Assembly: GCA_963727805.1 (NCBI GenBank)
Contig: CAVSHF010000005.1
Span: forward strand, 608,001 to 672,000
DNA: 64,000 nucleotides
Source of the DNA: an uncultured Nitrospiraceae bacterium
Lineage (GTDB): Bacteria; Nitrospirota; Thermodesulfovibrionia; Thermodesulfovibrionales; Dissulfurispiraceae
Direction of reading: 5' to 3'
In this document: piece after piece, positions 36,920-47,143 of the stretch
Layout of the letters: the number at the start of each line of letters is the position of its first letter
How positions within the stretch are numbered: the first letter of the stretch is position 1
Position numbers and translations under genes: made by a program
The notes under the pieces: generated by a model
What the model was told of the DNA's origin: nothing
Database searches by the model: none
What the model saw: only the letters and a program-made list of their open reading frames with translations

Positions 36920-37723
36920 ATGTTTAACGAAAAAGGCAAAATAGGTTTAAAAGCAATCCTGCTTATCTTGATTTCCGCCTTTATTCTTAGCATATCTGTC
37001 TATTTCGTCTACCCTGACGTCGCAAAGCTAAAAAAAGAGAATCCAAAAAAGACCTCCTTCATCGAATACCGCCAAAAGCAATGGCAGGAGGAAGGCAAGA
37101 AAATAACAGTCCACCAATACTGGGTGCCCCTTGCCCGCATTTCGAATTATATGACAAAGGCCGTCATTATCGCCGAGGATGATAAGTTCTGGTCCCACGC
37201 TGGTTTTGATTTCGATGCAATCGAGAAGTCGTTTGAAAAAGATCTCAAGGAAAAGAAATTCAAATTCGGCGGTAGCACCATAAGCCAGCAATTGGCAAAG
37301 AACCTTTTTCTCTCTCCGTCGAAAAATCCCCTTAGGAAGATAAAAGAGGCAATACTCACATGGAGGCTAGAAAAGAATCTTTCCAAGCGAAGGATTCTTG
37401 AACTTTACCTCAATGTTGCGGAATGGGGAGAAGGCATCTTCGGGATCGAGGCTGCATCACTCCACTATTACGGGAAACATGCTTCCGATCTCAGTGCTGA
37501 AGAAGCCTCACATCTCGCTTCGGTGCTTCCCAACCCAAGGAAATATAACCCTGTCGGCACATCTCGGTACGTGAACAACCGCTCGCATGTTATCTACGAG
37601 ATCATGGTCAGAAGAGGAATAGTGGTTGAGGAATACGAGGACGTAATAAAGACTCCTGATAAGGTCCCCGAGGCAGAGGATTCTCAGCGCATTATCGACA
37701 AGATGACCGTCCCGGTAAGATAA
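36920..37723 (+). CDS. mtgA: Monofunctional peptidoglycan transglycosylase
   Basis: AEDDKFWSH, GGSTISQQLAKNLFL, RKIKE, ILELYLN. Confidence 0.92.
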   Translation: MFNEKGKIGLKAILLILISAFILSISVYFVYPDVAKLKKENPKKTSFIEYRQKQWQEEGKKITVHQYWVPLARISNYMTKAVIIAEDDKFWSHAGFDFDAIEKSFEKDLKEKKFKFGGSTISQQLAKNLFLSPSKNPLRKIKEAILTWRLEKNLSKRRILELYLNVAEWGEGIFGIEAASLHYYGKHASDLSAEEASHLASVLPNPRKYNPVGTSRYVNNRSHVIYEIMVRRGIVVEEYEDVIKTPDKVPEAEDSQRIIDKMTVPVR

Positions 37724-37748
37724 TCAAATCGTAATCTTTTCATCCGCT

Positions 37749-38132
37749 TTACCAGGCAGTAACTTCACGTGGCGTTATTTTCTGTAAATTATCAATATCA
37801 TCAGTTCTCTTTTGTTCACATCCACTTCCTTCACTACTGTAGTCGACTATTATGTCCCGCGGATTTATCTTCCAGTGTAGGGAACACTCCCGGCCGAGGG
37901 GCTCTACGAACACATAATACCCGTTGGTCAATGGATAGGTTTTCTCCTGCCAGCCGACTTTCGAGGCATATGACTCGGGGCGATTCATGGCCTGTTTAAG
38001 TTCCGACAACGGTCTAGATATCCATTCATTGCTGCGCTCATCAACATATTGCGGAGTTGCGCACCCGCAAAGTAAAACAAGCAGCAGGAGAAAACCCCAT
38101 TTCTCAGTAAACACAATCAATCGACATTGCAT
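37749..38132 (-). CDS. Hypothetical lipoprotein
   Basis: LLLLVLLCGC lipobox; GAGGAG RBS. Confidence 0.65.
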   Translation of the reverse strand: MQCRLIVFTEKWGFLLLLVLLCGCATPQYVDERSNEWISRPLSELKQAMNRPESYASKVGWQEKTYPLTNGYYVFVEPLGRECSLHWKINPRDIIVDYSSEGSGCEQKRTDDIDNLQKITPREVTAW

Positions 38133-38190
38133 GACTCACTCCTCATCACTTTTGGTTGATATAGTATCTTAACAGATGCTTTCTGAAAAA

Positions 38191-39069
38191 TCATGAACGA
38201 TAGAGCAATTTCAGGTACTCCTGCACTGGTTTAGAAAGGTATTTGTCTTTCAAATAGACTACCCCGAGTTCCCTTGAGAAAGTCACATCAGCGATCTTCG
38301 ATTTAGCAAGCACCCCGCTTTTCACTTCTATTTCGACCGCCTTATCCGGAAGGACTGAAATACCGAGCCCGGCCCTCACAAGGCTCTTTATAGTTTCCAA
38401 GTAGGCGACCTCCATCGCGATATTTGGGGTCAGCCCTTTCTTGGAGAAGGCCACATCAATCATTTTTCTCGTTTCAGTCCCGGCCTCCGTTAGTATCATT
38501 GCATGTCTAGCAACGTCTCTAAGCCTGACAACTGAAAGGGACGCCAGCGGATGGCCCCTCACATATACCAGAGACATCGGATCCTCCCAAATCGTTTTAG
38601 TGAAAAGGTGTGCAGCCGGTTTCGGCAACGTTATCACCCCGAGATCCACAAGGTTTCTGTTCACCATTTCCAGGACAGTCTCTGAACGATGACAGCGGAG
38701 TTTGAGGTCAACTTTCGGAAAGGCGTTGATGTAAGATTTGAGCACGTCGGGGAGCCTATGAATACTGATGTGGTCGCTAGTTCCGATAATGAGTTCACCT
38801 GAGCATTCGGCGGACATGTCCTTGACTGCAATCTTGGCCTCCTCAACCGAACGCAGTATTCTGTCCACATGCGTATAAAGCACCTCACCAGTCTTTGTGA
38901 GATAGATCTTTTTGCCTATCCGGTCAAAAAGTCTTTCACCAAGTTCGTCTTCGAGCGCCTTTATCTGCTTGCTTACTGCCGGCTGAGTGATAAGAAGTTT
39001 TTCAGCTGCACGGCTTATGCTGTTGGTCTCAGAGACCTTTTTGAAGTAGGTAAGCTGATAGAAATTCAT
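38191..39069 (-). CDS. LysR-family regulator, divergent from leuCD
   Basis: SISRAAEKLLITQPAVSKQIKALEDELG. Confidence 0.93.
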   Translation of the reverse strand: MNFYQLTYFKKVSETNSISRAAEKLLITQPAVSKQIKALEDELGERLFDRIGKKIYLTKTGEVLYTHVDRILRSVEEAKIAVKDMSAECSGELIIGTSDHISIHRLPDVLKSYINAFPKVDLKLRCHRSETVLEMVNRNLVDLGVITLPKPAAHLFTKTIWEDPMSLVYVRGHPLASLSVVRLRDVARHAMILTEAGTETRKMIDVAFSKKGLTPNIAMEVAYLETIKSLVRAGLGISVLPDKAVEIEVKSGVLAKSKIADVTFSRELGVVYLKDKYLSKPVQEYLKLLYRS

Positions 39070-39184
39070 ACTTTTAGTTATCGTTATGATAAATATAATG
39101 TATTTTTATAATGTTTAATTTTATGATATATTAAATTCAGAAAAAGCGCAAAGTATTTTGACCCATAAAACGGAAGGTGAAGAA

Positions 39185-40480
39185 ATGGCGATGACACTGG
39201 CGGAAAAAATTTTCAAGTCACATCTGAGGGACGAACCATTCCCGGGAGCAAAAGTGCTGAATCTCGACGTGGTTCTATGTCACGAGATAACGACCCCGAT
39301 AGCTATAAACGACCTTATTGCGCGGGGCAAGGACAGGGTTTTCGACCCGCAGAAGATAAAGGCCGTGATCGACCATGTGACCCCGGCAAAAGACAGTAAG
39401 ACTGCCCAGCAGGGTAAGATCATGAGAGACTGGGCCAGGAGGCATGCTATCAGAGACTTTTTCGATATCGGAAGAAATGGAGTCTGCCATGCAATCTTCC
39501 CGGAAAAAGGATTTATCCGGCCGGGCTATACCGTCATCATGGGCGACTCCCACACCTGCACGCATGGGGCCTTTGGTGCCTTTGCGGCAGGCGTCGGAAC
39601 CACTGACCTCGAAGTCGGCATTCTGAAGGGAGTATGCGCATTTAGGGACCCAGGGACGATCAGGATAAACATCAACGGCAAAGTCCCGGATGGGATCTTC
39701 GCCAAAGACATCATATTAAAAGTTATAAAGACATTGACCGTGAAAGGCGCGACCGACTGCGTGATCGAGTTCCGCGGGAATGTTGTGAAAGGTATGACAA
39801 TGGAGAGCAGGATGACCATCTGTAACATGGCGATAGAGGCAGGTGCGACATCAGGGATATGCATGCCCGATGAGGTCACAGTCGATTACCTCTGGCCTTT
39901 TATATCTCCTGACTATAAGGATAAGATCGCTGCCATCGAAGATTTCAAAAAATGGTGGTCCGACGACGACTGTTCGTATATGAAAGTCCTCGACATCGAT
40001 GTGTCCAATATGGAACCACAGGTAACATACGGCTATAAGCCAGATGAGGTAAGGGACATTTCTGAGATAGAGGGGACGCCTGTAGACCAAGTTTATATCG
40101 GGTCATGCACTAACGGCAGGATCGAAGACCTCCGTGTTGCGGCTGCTTTCCTGAAGGGGAAGAAAATCGCTCCTTTTACAAGGGGAATTGTTTCACCGGC
40201 CACCCCACACATATTCAGGCAAGCCGACGATGAAGGGATAATAAAGATATTCATGGATGCTGGTTTCTGTGTGACGAACCCTACCTGCGGTGCGTGCCTC
40301 GGGATGTCAAACGGTGTGCTCGCCCCAGGCGAGGTCTGTGCATCCACGACTAACCGCAATTTCAACGGCAGAATGGGAAAAGGCGGTATGGTCCATCTTA
40401 TGAGCCCTGCAGTAGCCGCTGTTACGGCGTTAGAGGGCAAGATAGCTGACCCGAGAAAATTCAACAGGGAGAAAATCTAA
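39185..40480 (+). CDS. leuC: 3-isopropylmalate dehydratase large subunit (type 2/HacA-like)
   Basis: DSHTCTHGA, IGSCTNGRIEDL, CGACLG, STTNRNF. Confidence 0.9.
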   Translation: MAMTLAEKIFKSHLRDEPFPGAKVLNLDVVLCHEITTPIAINDLIARGKDRVFDPQKIKAVIDHVTPAKDSKTAQQGKIMRDWARRHAIRDFFDIGRNGVCHAIFPEKGFIRPGYTVIMGDSHTCTHGAFGAFAAGVGTTDLEVGILKGVCAFRDPGTIRININGKVPDGIFAKDIILKVIKTLTVKGATDCVIEFRGNVVKGMTMESRMTICNMAIEAGATSGICMPDEVTVDYLWPFISPDYKDKIAAIEDFKKWWSDDDCSYMKVLDIDVSNMEPQVTYGYKPDEVRDISEIEGTPVDQVYIGSCTNGRIEDLRVAAAFLKGKKIAPFTRGIVSPATPHIFRQADDEGIIKIFMDAGFCVTNPTCGACLGMSNGVLAPGEVCASTTNRNFNGRMGKGGMVHLMSPAVAAVTALEGKIADPRKFNREKI

Positions 40481-41004
40481 TGAAACAGTTCGGAGGCAAG
40501 GTCCTTTTTCTTGACAGATCTGATATCAATACGGATGAGATAATTCCGGCGAAATATCTTACGGAGATTTCGAAGGAGGCGCTGAAACCCCACATGCTCG
40601 AAGACTTAAAACTGGAAGAGTTCACTCCCACTAGCTCGTCAGTCCGCGAAGCAAAGGTGATTGTCACAAGGGCCAATTTCGGATGCGGGTCGTCACGCGA
40701 ACATGCTCCGTGGGTGTTTGAAGTGAATGACATTAATGTTGTCATAGCATCAAGCTTTGCCCGCATATTCAGGCAAAACATGTTCAACTGCGGCATGCTT
40801 GCAATAGAACTCTCGGAAACAGCAATCGAGGCCCTTTTTGAACAGAAAGGAAAGGATGCTTCAATAAAGCTCGATTTCGAAAATGATAACTTGATGATCC
40901 ACTCAGAGAAAGGGGAGAAATATTTTGATTATCAGATCTCTGAATTCGATAAGGCCCTTGTAGAAGCTGGGGGATGGGTGGAGTTCGCAGACTCAAAATA
41001 TTAA
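40480..41004 (+). CDS. leuD: 3-isopropylmalate dehydratase small subunit
   Basis: INTDEIIPA, NFGCGSSREHA, SFARIF. Confidence 0.9.
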   Translation: MKQFGGKVLFLDRSDINTDEIIPAKYLTEISKEALKPHMLEDLKLEEFTPTSSSVREAKVIVTRANFGCGSSREHAPWVFEVNDINVVIASSFARIFRQNMFNCGMLAIELSETAIEALFEQKGKDASIKLDFENDNLMIHSEKGEKYFDYQISEFDKALVEAGGWVEFADSKY

Positions 41005-41073
41005 AATATCGACTTCCCACGGAACAGTTTTTAGCATAATAAAAAAAATAGCGTGATTCGCCTTTCAATTGCT

Positions 41074-41114
41074 CAGCTTTTTTTACCACTCGAAGTGAGC
41101 GCTAAAAAAAGCTG
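41074..41114. terminator. Hairpin between convergent leuD and the 41162 gene
   Basis: CAGCTTTTTTTA...TAAAAAAAGCTG inverted repeat. Confidence 0.5.
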
Positions 41115-41161
41115 GTATAATCATTAAGTTACGATTGGTTTCGGCTTTGGACCTAATCTAT

Positions 41162-41575
41162 CTAGCTTGCGTCTAACGCCTTGGCTGCCTTATTCACATC
41201 CTTGGGTTCAACCCATAAGATGGCAGCATAGAGACCAGCGCCGGCCGCTACTGCATCAATGGCCGTGATGTTAATCTTCTTCTGAGCAAGTATCTTCAGC
41301 AGGTCTGCTACAGCGCCTTTCCGGTCATCTCCCCGTATCAAGAATGCAAACTTCTGGGGACGCGTCTTTAACTTCGCCCCCTTGACTGCTGTCTTGAACA
41401 CAGCCACATCTTCAGGAATGAAATCGATCTGCGCTTTCCTGCCGCTAGGGAACCCGGTAAATGCCAGCAGATCCACTCCCGCATCCGCTAATGCTCCCAG
41501 CACCCGTGCGCCCTCTCCTGGTTTGTTAGGAATGTCCATCGCAAAATACCCCACCTTCCTGACAATGATCGCCAT
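41162..41575 (-). CDS. Tandem ACT-like domain protein
   Basis: NKPGEGARVLGALADAGVDL and DRKGAVADLLKILAQKKINI repeats; AGGAGG RBS. Confidence 0.7.
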   Translation of the reverse strand: MAIIVRKVGYFAMDIPNKPGEGARVLGALADAGVDLLAFTGFPSGRKAQIDFIPEDVAVFKTAVKGAKLKTRPQKFAFLIRGDDRKGAVADLLKILAQKKINITAIDAVAAGAGLYAAILWVEPKDVNKAAKALDAS

Positions 41576-41664
41576 ATCCGCAACCTCCTTTTAACACACA
41601 GTATATCAATGTCTGAATGTGCTGCCTATAGAGAGGAAGTGGGCACGACCTTGCGACGTGGCCC

Positions 41665-43560
41665 TTAGACCGGCCCCCTCGGAACTGAATCCAAAAACTC
41701 CCACCGCTGATATGATGATGCGATCTCTTTTTCAAGTTTTTCCATTCTCGCCTTTGCTGCCGGCAGACTTACACTATGCTTTCGATAGAAGTCGGGGTTA
41801 GCAAGGGTATCATAGAGCCCTGCGCGCTCAGCTTCCAGAGATTCGATGAGTGCAGGTAAGCATTCGATCTCTTTAATCTCCTTGAAGGTCAGAGTTCGAG
41901 GACGCTCCCTCTGTGAGCGTGGCTTCCCCTGTTTTGCCGCCTTTTCCTTTGGTATCGGTGAAATAGGACCTCGCTGTCTCAGCCAATCATCGTATCCTCC
42001 CACGTATTCGGAGACCTCTCCAGCGCCTTCAAATACGATGGTGCTCGTTACGACGTTATTGAGAAACTCACGGTCATGGCTTACGAGAAGAACAGTGCCG
42101 TCATACTCCATAAGCATCTCTTCAAGCAGTTCCAGGGTATCGGTATCCAGATCATTCGTTGGCTCGTCCATCACTAATACGTTTGAGGGTTTTGTGAAGA
42201 GCTTTGCAAGGAGTGCCCTATTTCTCTCGCCACCGGACAAGACCCTTACCGGCAGTCGCGCGCGCTCAGCAGGGAAGAGGAAATCCTCAAGGTAACCAAT
42301 AATATGTCTCGTCTTTCCATTGACTATAACGTACTCAGATCCTTCAGCTACGTTGTCTATGACTGATTTGTCGTCAGCCAATTGTGCACGGTGCTGATCA
42401 AAATACGCGATCTCGAGTTTAGTCCCTCTGCGCACTAGGCCAGCTTGAGGCTCCAACAAGCCCAGAAGAATGCTGAGCAGTAAGGTCTTGCCCGAGCCAT
42501 TCGGGCCGATGATGCCAATCTTGTCCCCACGCATAATAGTCGTCGAAAAGTTGCGAATCAGAGGATGGCCCTCGTATCCGTAGCCAAGCCCTTCAGCCTC
42601 CAGAACCAGCTTGCCGGACCTTTCGGCCTCATTCAGCTTTATCGCGGCGCTGCCGGCCTGTTCGCGTCTCGCAAGACGTTCCCGGCGCATCTCCTTCAAC
42701 GCACTCACGCGTCCCTCGTTTCGGGTACGACGGGCCTTGATCCCCTGTCGTATCCATGCCTCCTCTTTTGCCAGTTTTTTGTCGAAGAGCGTTTTGTGCG
42801 CAGCCTCTGCATTAAGCTCGGCATGTCTTCTCATTAAGTAGGCGGCGTAATCGCCCGGCCAGTCGGTGAGGCGGCCACGGTCGAGTTCAATTATGCGTGT
42901 CGCCAGGGTCTGCAGAAACCTTCTGTCATGGGTTATAAATAGTATAGCTCCACGGAATTCACAAAGAAATTCCTCAAGCCAACCGATCGAAGTGATATCG
43001 AGATGGTTCGTCGGCTCGTCGAGCAGCAGCAGGTCCGGCTCGTTCACAAGGGCCCTCGCAAGGAGGACCCTCCTCTTATACCCCCCGGAGAGTTCGGCCA
43101 CAGATGCGTCGGAATCAAGGCTAAGGCGTGAAAGGATGGCCTGGACCTTCTGCTGCATCTGCCATCCGCCCGACGACTCGATAAGGTGCTGTATCCGCTC
43201 CAGTTCGGAGATACTGCCAGCATCATCACCGCGGGCAAGGCGGCTGCTAACAAAACGGTATTCCGACAGGAGGTCGACCATGCTTCCGAGTCCGCCGGCA
43301 ACTACCTCGAATACTGTTCCGGACAGGTCCTGCGGGACCTCCTGCGAGAGAGAGGCTGTCCGTACTCCCTGTGAGAAGATGACATCTCCGGCATCAGCAG
43401 TAATCTCACCGTTGATAATCTTCATGAGGGTGGACTTGCCCGCTCCATTTCTGCCGACAAGACCTACCCGCTCCGAACCCTCTATCTGCAGAGTCACTCC
43501 GTCAAGCAGCATGGGACCACCGAACGCGAGTCTCACCTGTTGCAAACTCATCAATGCCAC
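41665..43560 (-). CDS. uup: ABC-F ATPase Uup
   Basis: Two ABC cassettes (GRNGAGKST, LSGG, DEPTN), KARRTRNEGR linker, C-terminal coiled coil. Confidence 0.9.
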   Translation of the reverse strand: MALMSLQQVRLAFGGPMLLDGVTLQIEGSERVGLVGRNGAGKSTLMKIINGEITADAGDVIFSQGVRTASLSQEVPQDLSGTVFEVVAGGLGSMVDLLSEYRFVSSRLARGDDAGSISELERIQHLIESSGGWQMQQKVQAILSRLSLDSDASVAELSGGYKRRVLLARALVNEPDLLLLDEPTNHLDITSIGWLEEFLCEFRGAILFITHDRRFLQTLATRIIELDRGRLTDWPGDYAAYLMRRHAELNAEAAHKTLFDKKLAKEEAWIRQGIKARRTRNEGRVSALKEMRRERLARREQAGSAAIKLNEAERSGKLVLEAEGLGYGYEGHPLIRNFSTTIMRGDKIGIIGPNGSGKTLLLSILLGLLEPQAGLVRRGTKLEIAYFDQHRAQLADDKSVIDNVAEGSEYVIVNGKTRHIIGYLEDFLFPAERARLPVRVLSGGERNRALLAKLFTKPSNVLVMDEPTNDLDTDTLELLEEMLMEYDGTVLLVSHDREFLNNVVTSTIVFEGAGEVSEYVGGYDDWLRQRGPISPIPKEKAAKQGKPRSQRERPRTLTFKEIKEIECLPALIESLEAERAGLYDTLANPDFYRKHSVSLPAAKARMEKLEKEIASSYQRWEFLDSVPRGPV

Positions 43561-43599
43561 ATATTACCTCGAATAAAAGAAATAAAGCGGGGGAATTAA

Positions 43600-44094
43600 T
43601 TAATAATGCACAGAGGTTATGACAAAAGCAGCGGTACCATTAGGTCTGCTCACAACAACCTCGTCACCGTCTGTCTTACGCAACAACGCCTTCGCCATGG
43701 GGGATTCAATACTGATAAACCCCTTGTCGGCATCACTTTCATCAGGACCGACAATACGATACTTATATACCGTGCCTTCGATATCCTCGATTTCAACCCA
43801 GGCACCAAAATATACGGTTGATGTATCATCGGGGGTCCTGTCCACTACTGTCAGCTCACTCAATCGCTTTGAAAGAAAGCGAATGCGAGAATCGATCTGC
43901 CGTAACTGCTTTTTACCATAAATATAGTCTGCGTTCTCCGAACGGTCCCCCATAGCAGCGGCGTCAGCAACAGCCCGTGTAACCTGCGGGCGTTTTACCT
44001 TCCACAGATATGAAAGTTCCTCGCTTAAACGCTTCTGCCCGTCAGGGGTAATATATGATGAAACTTTTGCTTTGCCCGGTAATGGTTTTCTCAT
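43600..44094 (-). CDS. greB: Transcription elongation factor GreB
   Basis: GDRSENADYIYGKKQLRQIDSRIRFL, ISIESP. Confidence 0.93.
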   Translation of the reverse strand: MRKPLPGKAKVSSYITPDGQKRLSEELSYLWKVKRPQVTRAVADAAAMGDRSENADYIYGKKQLRQIDSRIRFLSKRLSELTVVDRTPDDTSTVYFGAWVEIEDIEGTVYKYRIVGPDESDADKGFISIESPMAKALLRKTDGDEVVVSRPNGTAAFVITSVHY

Positions 44095-44406
44095 CTGTCC
44101 TCAAACAGAACTGTTATTGTACAAGAGGCACCCGAAGAATAGAAACGATAGCGGTAGATTATTGTCCGTTCCGTATCATATCGTATCGTTTATTTTACCT
44201 GAGGGGATTGAAAAAGGTATACAATGCATAGATTTTTGAGATTGTATGGCTGACCTCACCCACTTGCCATTTTTTGCTCACACTCTGCTGCCCCTCTGCT
44301 ATTTTACGGGCTCTTTGTGGTAAAGTTTATGTACTGTCCGTGCGATACATTTGTAGGGGACCGGACAATCCTGAGTTCCATCAATCATCCAATAAGGAGT
44401 AGTCAT

Positions 44407-44610
44407 ATGGCAAAGTACACTGCGACAATCGACGAGGATACACGTCAGAGGATTCTTGAATTGCCGGGGAAAATACATTTCTCTGCCTTTATGCGAAAGG
44501 CGATTCTTGCCTTTGTTGAGGAACTTGAGAAGGACCCTGAGTTGACACCTGAGAATTTCATCATCACCCGTACAGCCCGGAAAGATCCGTCGACCAAAAA
44601 GAGACAATAA
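44407..44610 (+). CDS. Small hypothetical protein, possibly ribbon-helix-helix
   Basis: TAAGGAG RBS; MAKYTATIDEDTRQRIL...FSAFMRKAI. Confidence 0.55.
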   Translation: MAKYTATIDEDTRQRILELPGKIHFSAFMRKAILAFVEELEKDPELTPENFIITRTARKDPSTKKRQ

Positions 44611-44796
44611 CACATCGGGAAAAGCAGTTGTAGTCCTCACCTTCTTTATTCCGATCATTTCCAAGAAAACAAAATAATATGATATTCTAAGCAGACATGC
44701 TGCGATGAAAGCGGCTGTCAGGATCCTATCGTTCCTTAATAGATGCTTTGTTTGCACAATATAGAACACATTCGGACAAGATCACGGAGAAAAAAC

Positions 44797-45345
44797 ATGA
44801 AGAAGAAAGTCGTATTTGTTCTGGGGCCTGACAGGGCTGGCATTATCGCTGCTGTTTCGAAGACTCTCTTCGAACATGGCTGTAACCTCGAAGACGTGAG
44901 CCAGACCATCCTCCAGACGGAGTTCATGGGCATCTTCATAGCTTCGATGAATGACTCAAATAATGAAGACGAAGTACTTGCCGCGTTACAGGTAGAGATC
45001 GCCTCTCTGGGACTTTTTGTGCATATGAGGCCGCTGAGCTCCGGCCTCTCGCAGCAGCCAGCAGGCGAACCGTTCATCATCACTACGGTCGGCCCCGACA
45101 GGCCGGGACTCGTAGCCGGTATTACCGAGGTGCTAGCACAGCGTGGGGTGAATATCACGAACCTTAAGGCAGTGTCCAGGGGAGATGAAGATCGTCCGCA
45201 CTATATTATGATTTATGAGGTCGACGTTCCTCCTGCAACCGATCATCATGCCATGAGGACCGCCCTGTATGACCGGGCGCAGACGCTTGGACTGGACATC
45301 AACCTCCAGCACAGGGAAATCTTCGAACAAATCCATAGGGTATAA
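44797..45345 (+). CDS. ACT-domain protein (GcvR-like)
   Basis: Two GPDRxG motifs, QHREIFEQIHRV; precedes DUF711. Confidence 0.85.
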   Translation: MKKKVVFVLGPDRAGIIAAVSKTLFEHGCNLEDVSQTILQTEFMGIFIASMNDSNNEDEVLAALQVEIASLGLFVHMRPLSSGLSQQPAGEPFIITTVGPDRPGLVAGITEVLAQRGVNITNLKAVSRGDEDRPHYIMIYEVDVPPATDHHAMRTALYDRAQTLGLDINLQHREIFEQIHRV

Positions 45346-45349
45346 AGAA

Positions 45350-46723
45350 ATGCTGACTGAACGTGAAATTATCGCAACCCTTGAAATGCTCAGAAACGAA
45401 AATCTGGATGTTCGCACAGTGACGCTGGGCGTAAGCCTCTTCGATTGTGCAAGTCACGATGTGGAACGTTTCATTTCAAATGTGAGAGGAAAGATAATTC
45501 GCCTTGCGCGAAACCTTGTGGATACCTGCGACGACGTCGGGCTCCGTTACGGCATCCCTGTCGTAAATAAGCGGATTTCCGTCAGCCCTATCGCGGTAGC
45601 CGCCTGCAACTTTTCGGCCGGAGAGATGTGTAAGATCGCATCGGCACTTGATAATGTAGCCCGACAGCTCAGAATCGACTTCATCGGTGGCTTTAGCGCC
45701 CTCGTTGAAAAAGGCTTTACTAAAGGAGATCTGGCCCTCATCGAAGCGATCCCCGATGCCCTCGCAGAGACGGAGCGTGTATGCTCGTCTGTAAATGTAG
45801 CATCAACTCACTCCGGTATCAACATGGACGCGGTAGCGCTCATGGGAAGGACAATCAGACGTGCAGCCGAAATCACCGCTGCCCGTGATGGGATAGGCTG
45901 CGCTAAACTCGTTGTCTTCGCCAACATTCCCCAGGACGTGCCTTTCATGGCCGGAGCTTATCTTGGCGTGGGTGAGCCCGATGCGGTGATCAATGTAGGA
46001 GTCAGTGGACCGGGTGTCGTAAAAAAGGCGATCGATCGCGCCCGCATATCAAATCCAACCCTTGATTTGGGCCAGATTTCCGAGACAATCAAGCGGACTG
46101 CCTTCAAAGTAACTCGCGTCGGAGAACTTATTGGAAGAAAGGTTGCTGCAAAGCTTGGGATTCCCTTCGGCGTAGTGGACCTTTCGCTCGCACCTACACC
46201 GAATGTCGGTGACAGTGTCGGTGAGATTTTTCAGAGCCTTGGCCTTAAAAGTATCGGCAATCCGGGCTCGACCGCCGTTCTCGCCATGCTGAACGATGCG
46301 GTAAAGAAGGGAGGCATCTTTGCCAGTTCTTACGTCGGTGGACTGAGCGGCGCCTTCATCCCGATAAGCGAGGACCTGAACATTGCTGAAGCGGCAAGAA
46401 AAGGACACCTAACCATCGAGAAGCTCGAGGCGATGACCAGCGTTTGCTCCGTAGGGCTTGATATGGTTGCTATCCCCGGATCTACCTCAGCGGAGACTAT
46501 CGCGGGCATCATCGCCGATGAAATGGCGATCGGCGTTGTAAACAGCAAGGCCACGGCAGCGCGGCTTATCCCTGTACCGGGGAAAAAAGCGGGCGATCGT
46601 GCATCCTTCGGAGGACTGCTCGGTGAGGCAACGATAATCGATATCCCCGATGATGGTGGATCAGCAGGCTTTATTGCGCTTGGCGGCAGGATTCCTGCCC
46701 CGGTACAGAGCTTCAAAAACTAG
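45350..46723 (+). CDS. DUF711/PFL-like family protein
   Basis: LDVRTVTLG, GVSGPGVV, EKLEAMTSVCSVGLDM, GRIPAP. Confidence 0.88.
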   Translation: MLTEREIIATLEMLRNENLDVRTVTLGVSLFDCASHDVERFISNVRGKIIRLARNLVDTCDDVGLRYGIPVVNKRISVSPIAVAACNFSAGEMCKIASALDNVARQLRIDFIGGFSALVEKGFTKGDLALIEAIPDALAETERVCSSVNVASTHSGINMDAVALMGRTIRRAAEITAARDGIGCAKLVVFANIPQDVPFMAGAYLGVGEPDAVINVGVSGPGVVKKAIDRARISNPTLDLGQISETIKRTAFKVTRVGELIGRKVAAKLGIPFGVVDLSLAPTPNVGDSVGEIFQSLGLKSIGNPGSTAVLAMLNDAVKKGGIFASSYVGGLSGAFIPISEDLNIAEAARKGHLTIEKLEAMTSVCSVGLDMVAIPGSTSAETIAGIIADEMAIGVVNSKATAARLIPVPGKKAGDRASFGGLLGEATIIDIPDDGGSAGFIALGGRIPAPVQSFKN

Positions 46724-46759
46724 ACCCAATGGTAATTCTCAAAAACGAGGAAGATTGCG

Positions 46760-47056
46760 ATGACACAACAAAGAGACGATGATCAAATCAAGCGGGATTT
46801 TGCAATGCGGCGACGCCGTCAGCTGCTCGCCATACCGGCAACATTTATTTTCCTGTTAATGCTTGCACTGATTTCTAACCGTCCGGATGTCTTCGGGGAA
46901 TTTTCAAGAAACGATATCCTTGCAACCCAGATTCTGCTTTTGGCTTCCTTCGTCGGATTTAGCGCTATTAACTGGAAATGTCCTTCATGTAAAACGTATC
47001 TGGGTCCTGACCTCGGTAGACGCATCTGTAAACAGTGCGGGGCCAGATTGCGATAA
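46760..47056 (+). CDS. Two-TM protein with C-terminal zinc ribbon
   Basis: Two hydrophobic helices, then CPSC...CKQC. Confidence 0.7.
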   Translation: MTQQRDDDQIKRDFAMRRRRQLLAIPATFIFLLMLALISNRPDVFGEFSRNDILATQILLLASFVGFSAINWKCPSCKTYLGPDLGRRICKQCGARLR

Positions 47057-47093
47057 CAGGCATTTATTGAGTATCGGAGCTAAAATAATATAG

Positions 47094-47125
47094 TGGGATG
47101 GCGATTCATAATAATCGCCATCCCA
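47094..47125. terminator. Hairpin between convergent genes
   Basis: TGGGATGGCGATT / AATCGCCATCCCA 13-bp IR. Confidence 0.7.
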
Positions 47126-47143
47126 ATGTTACTTTTGATATTG

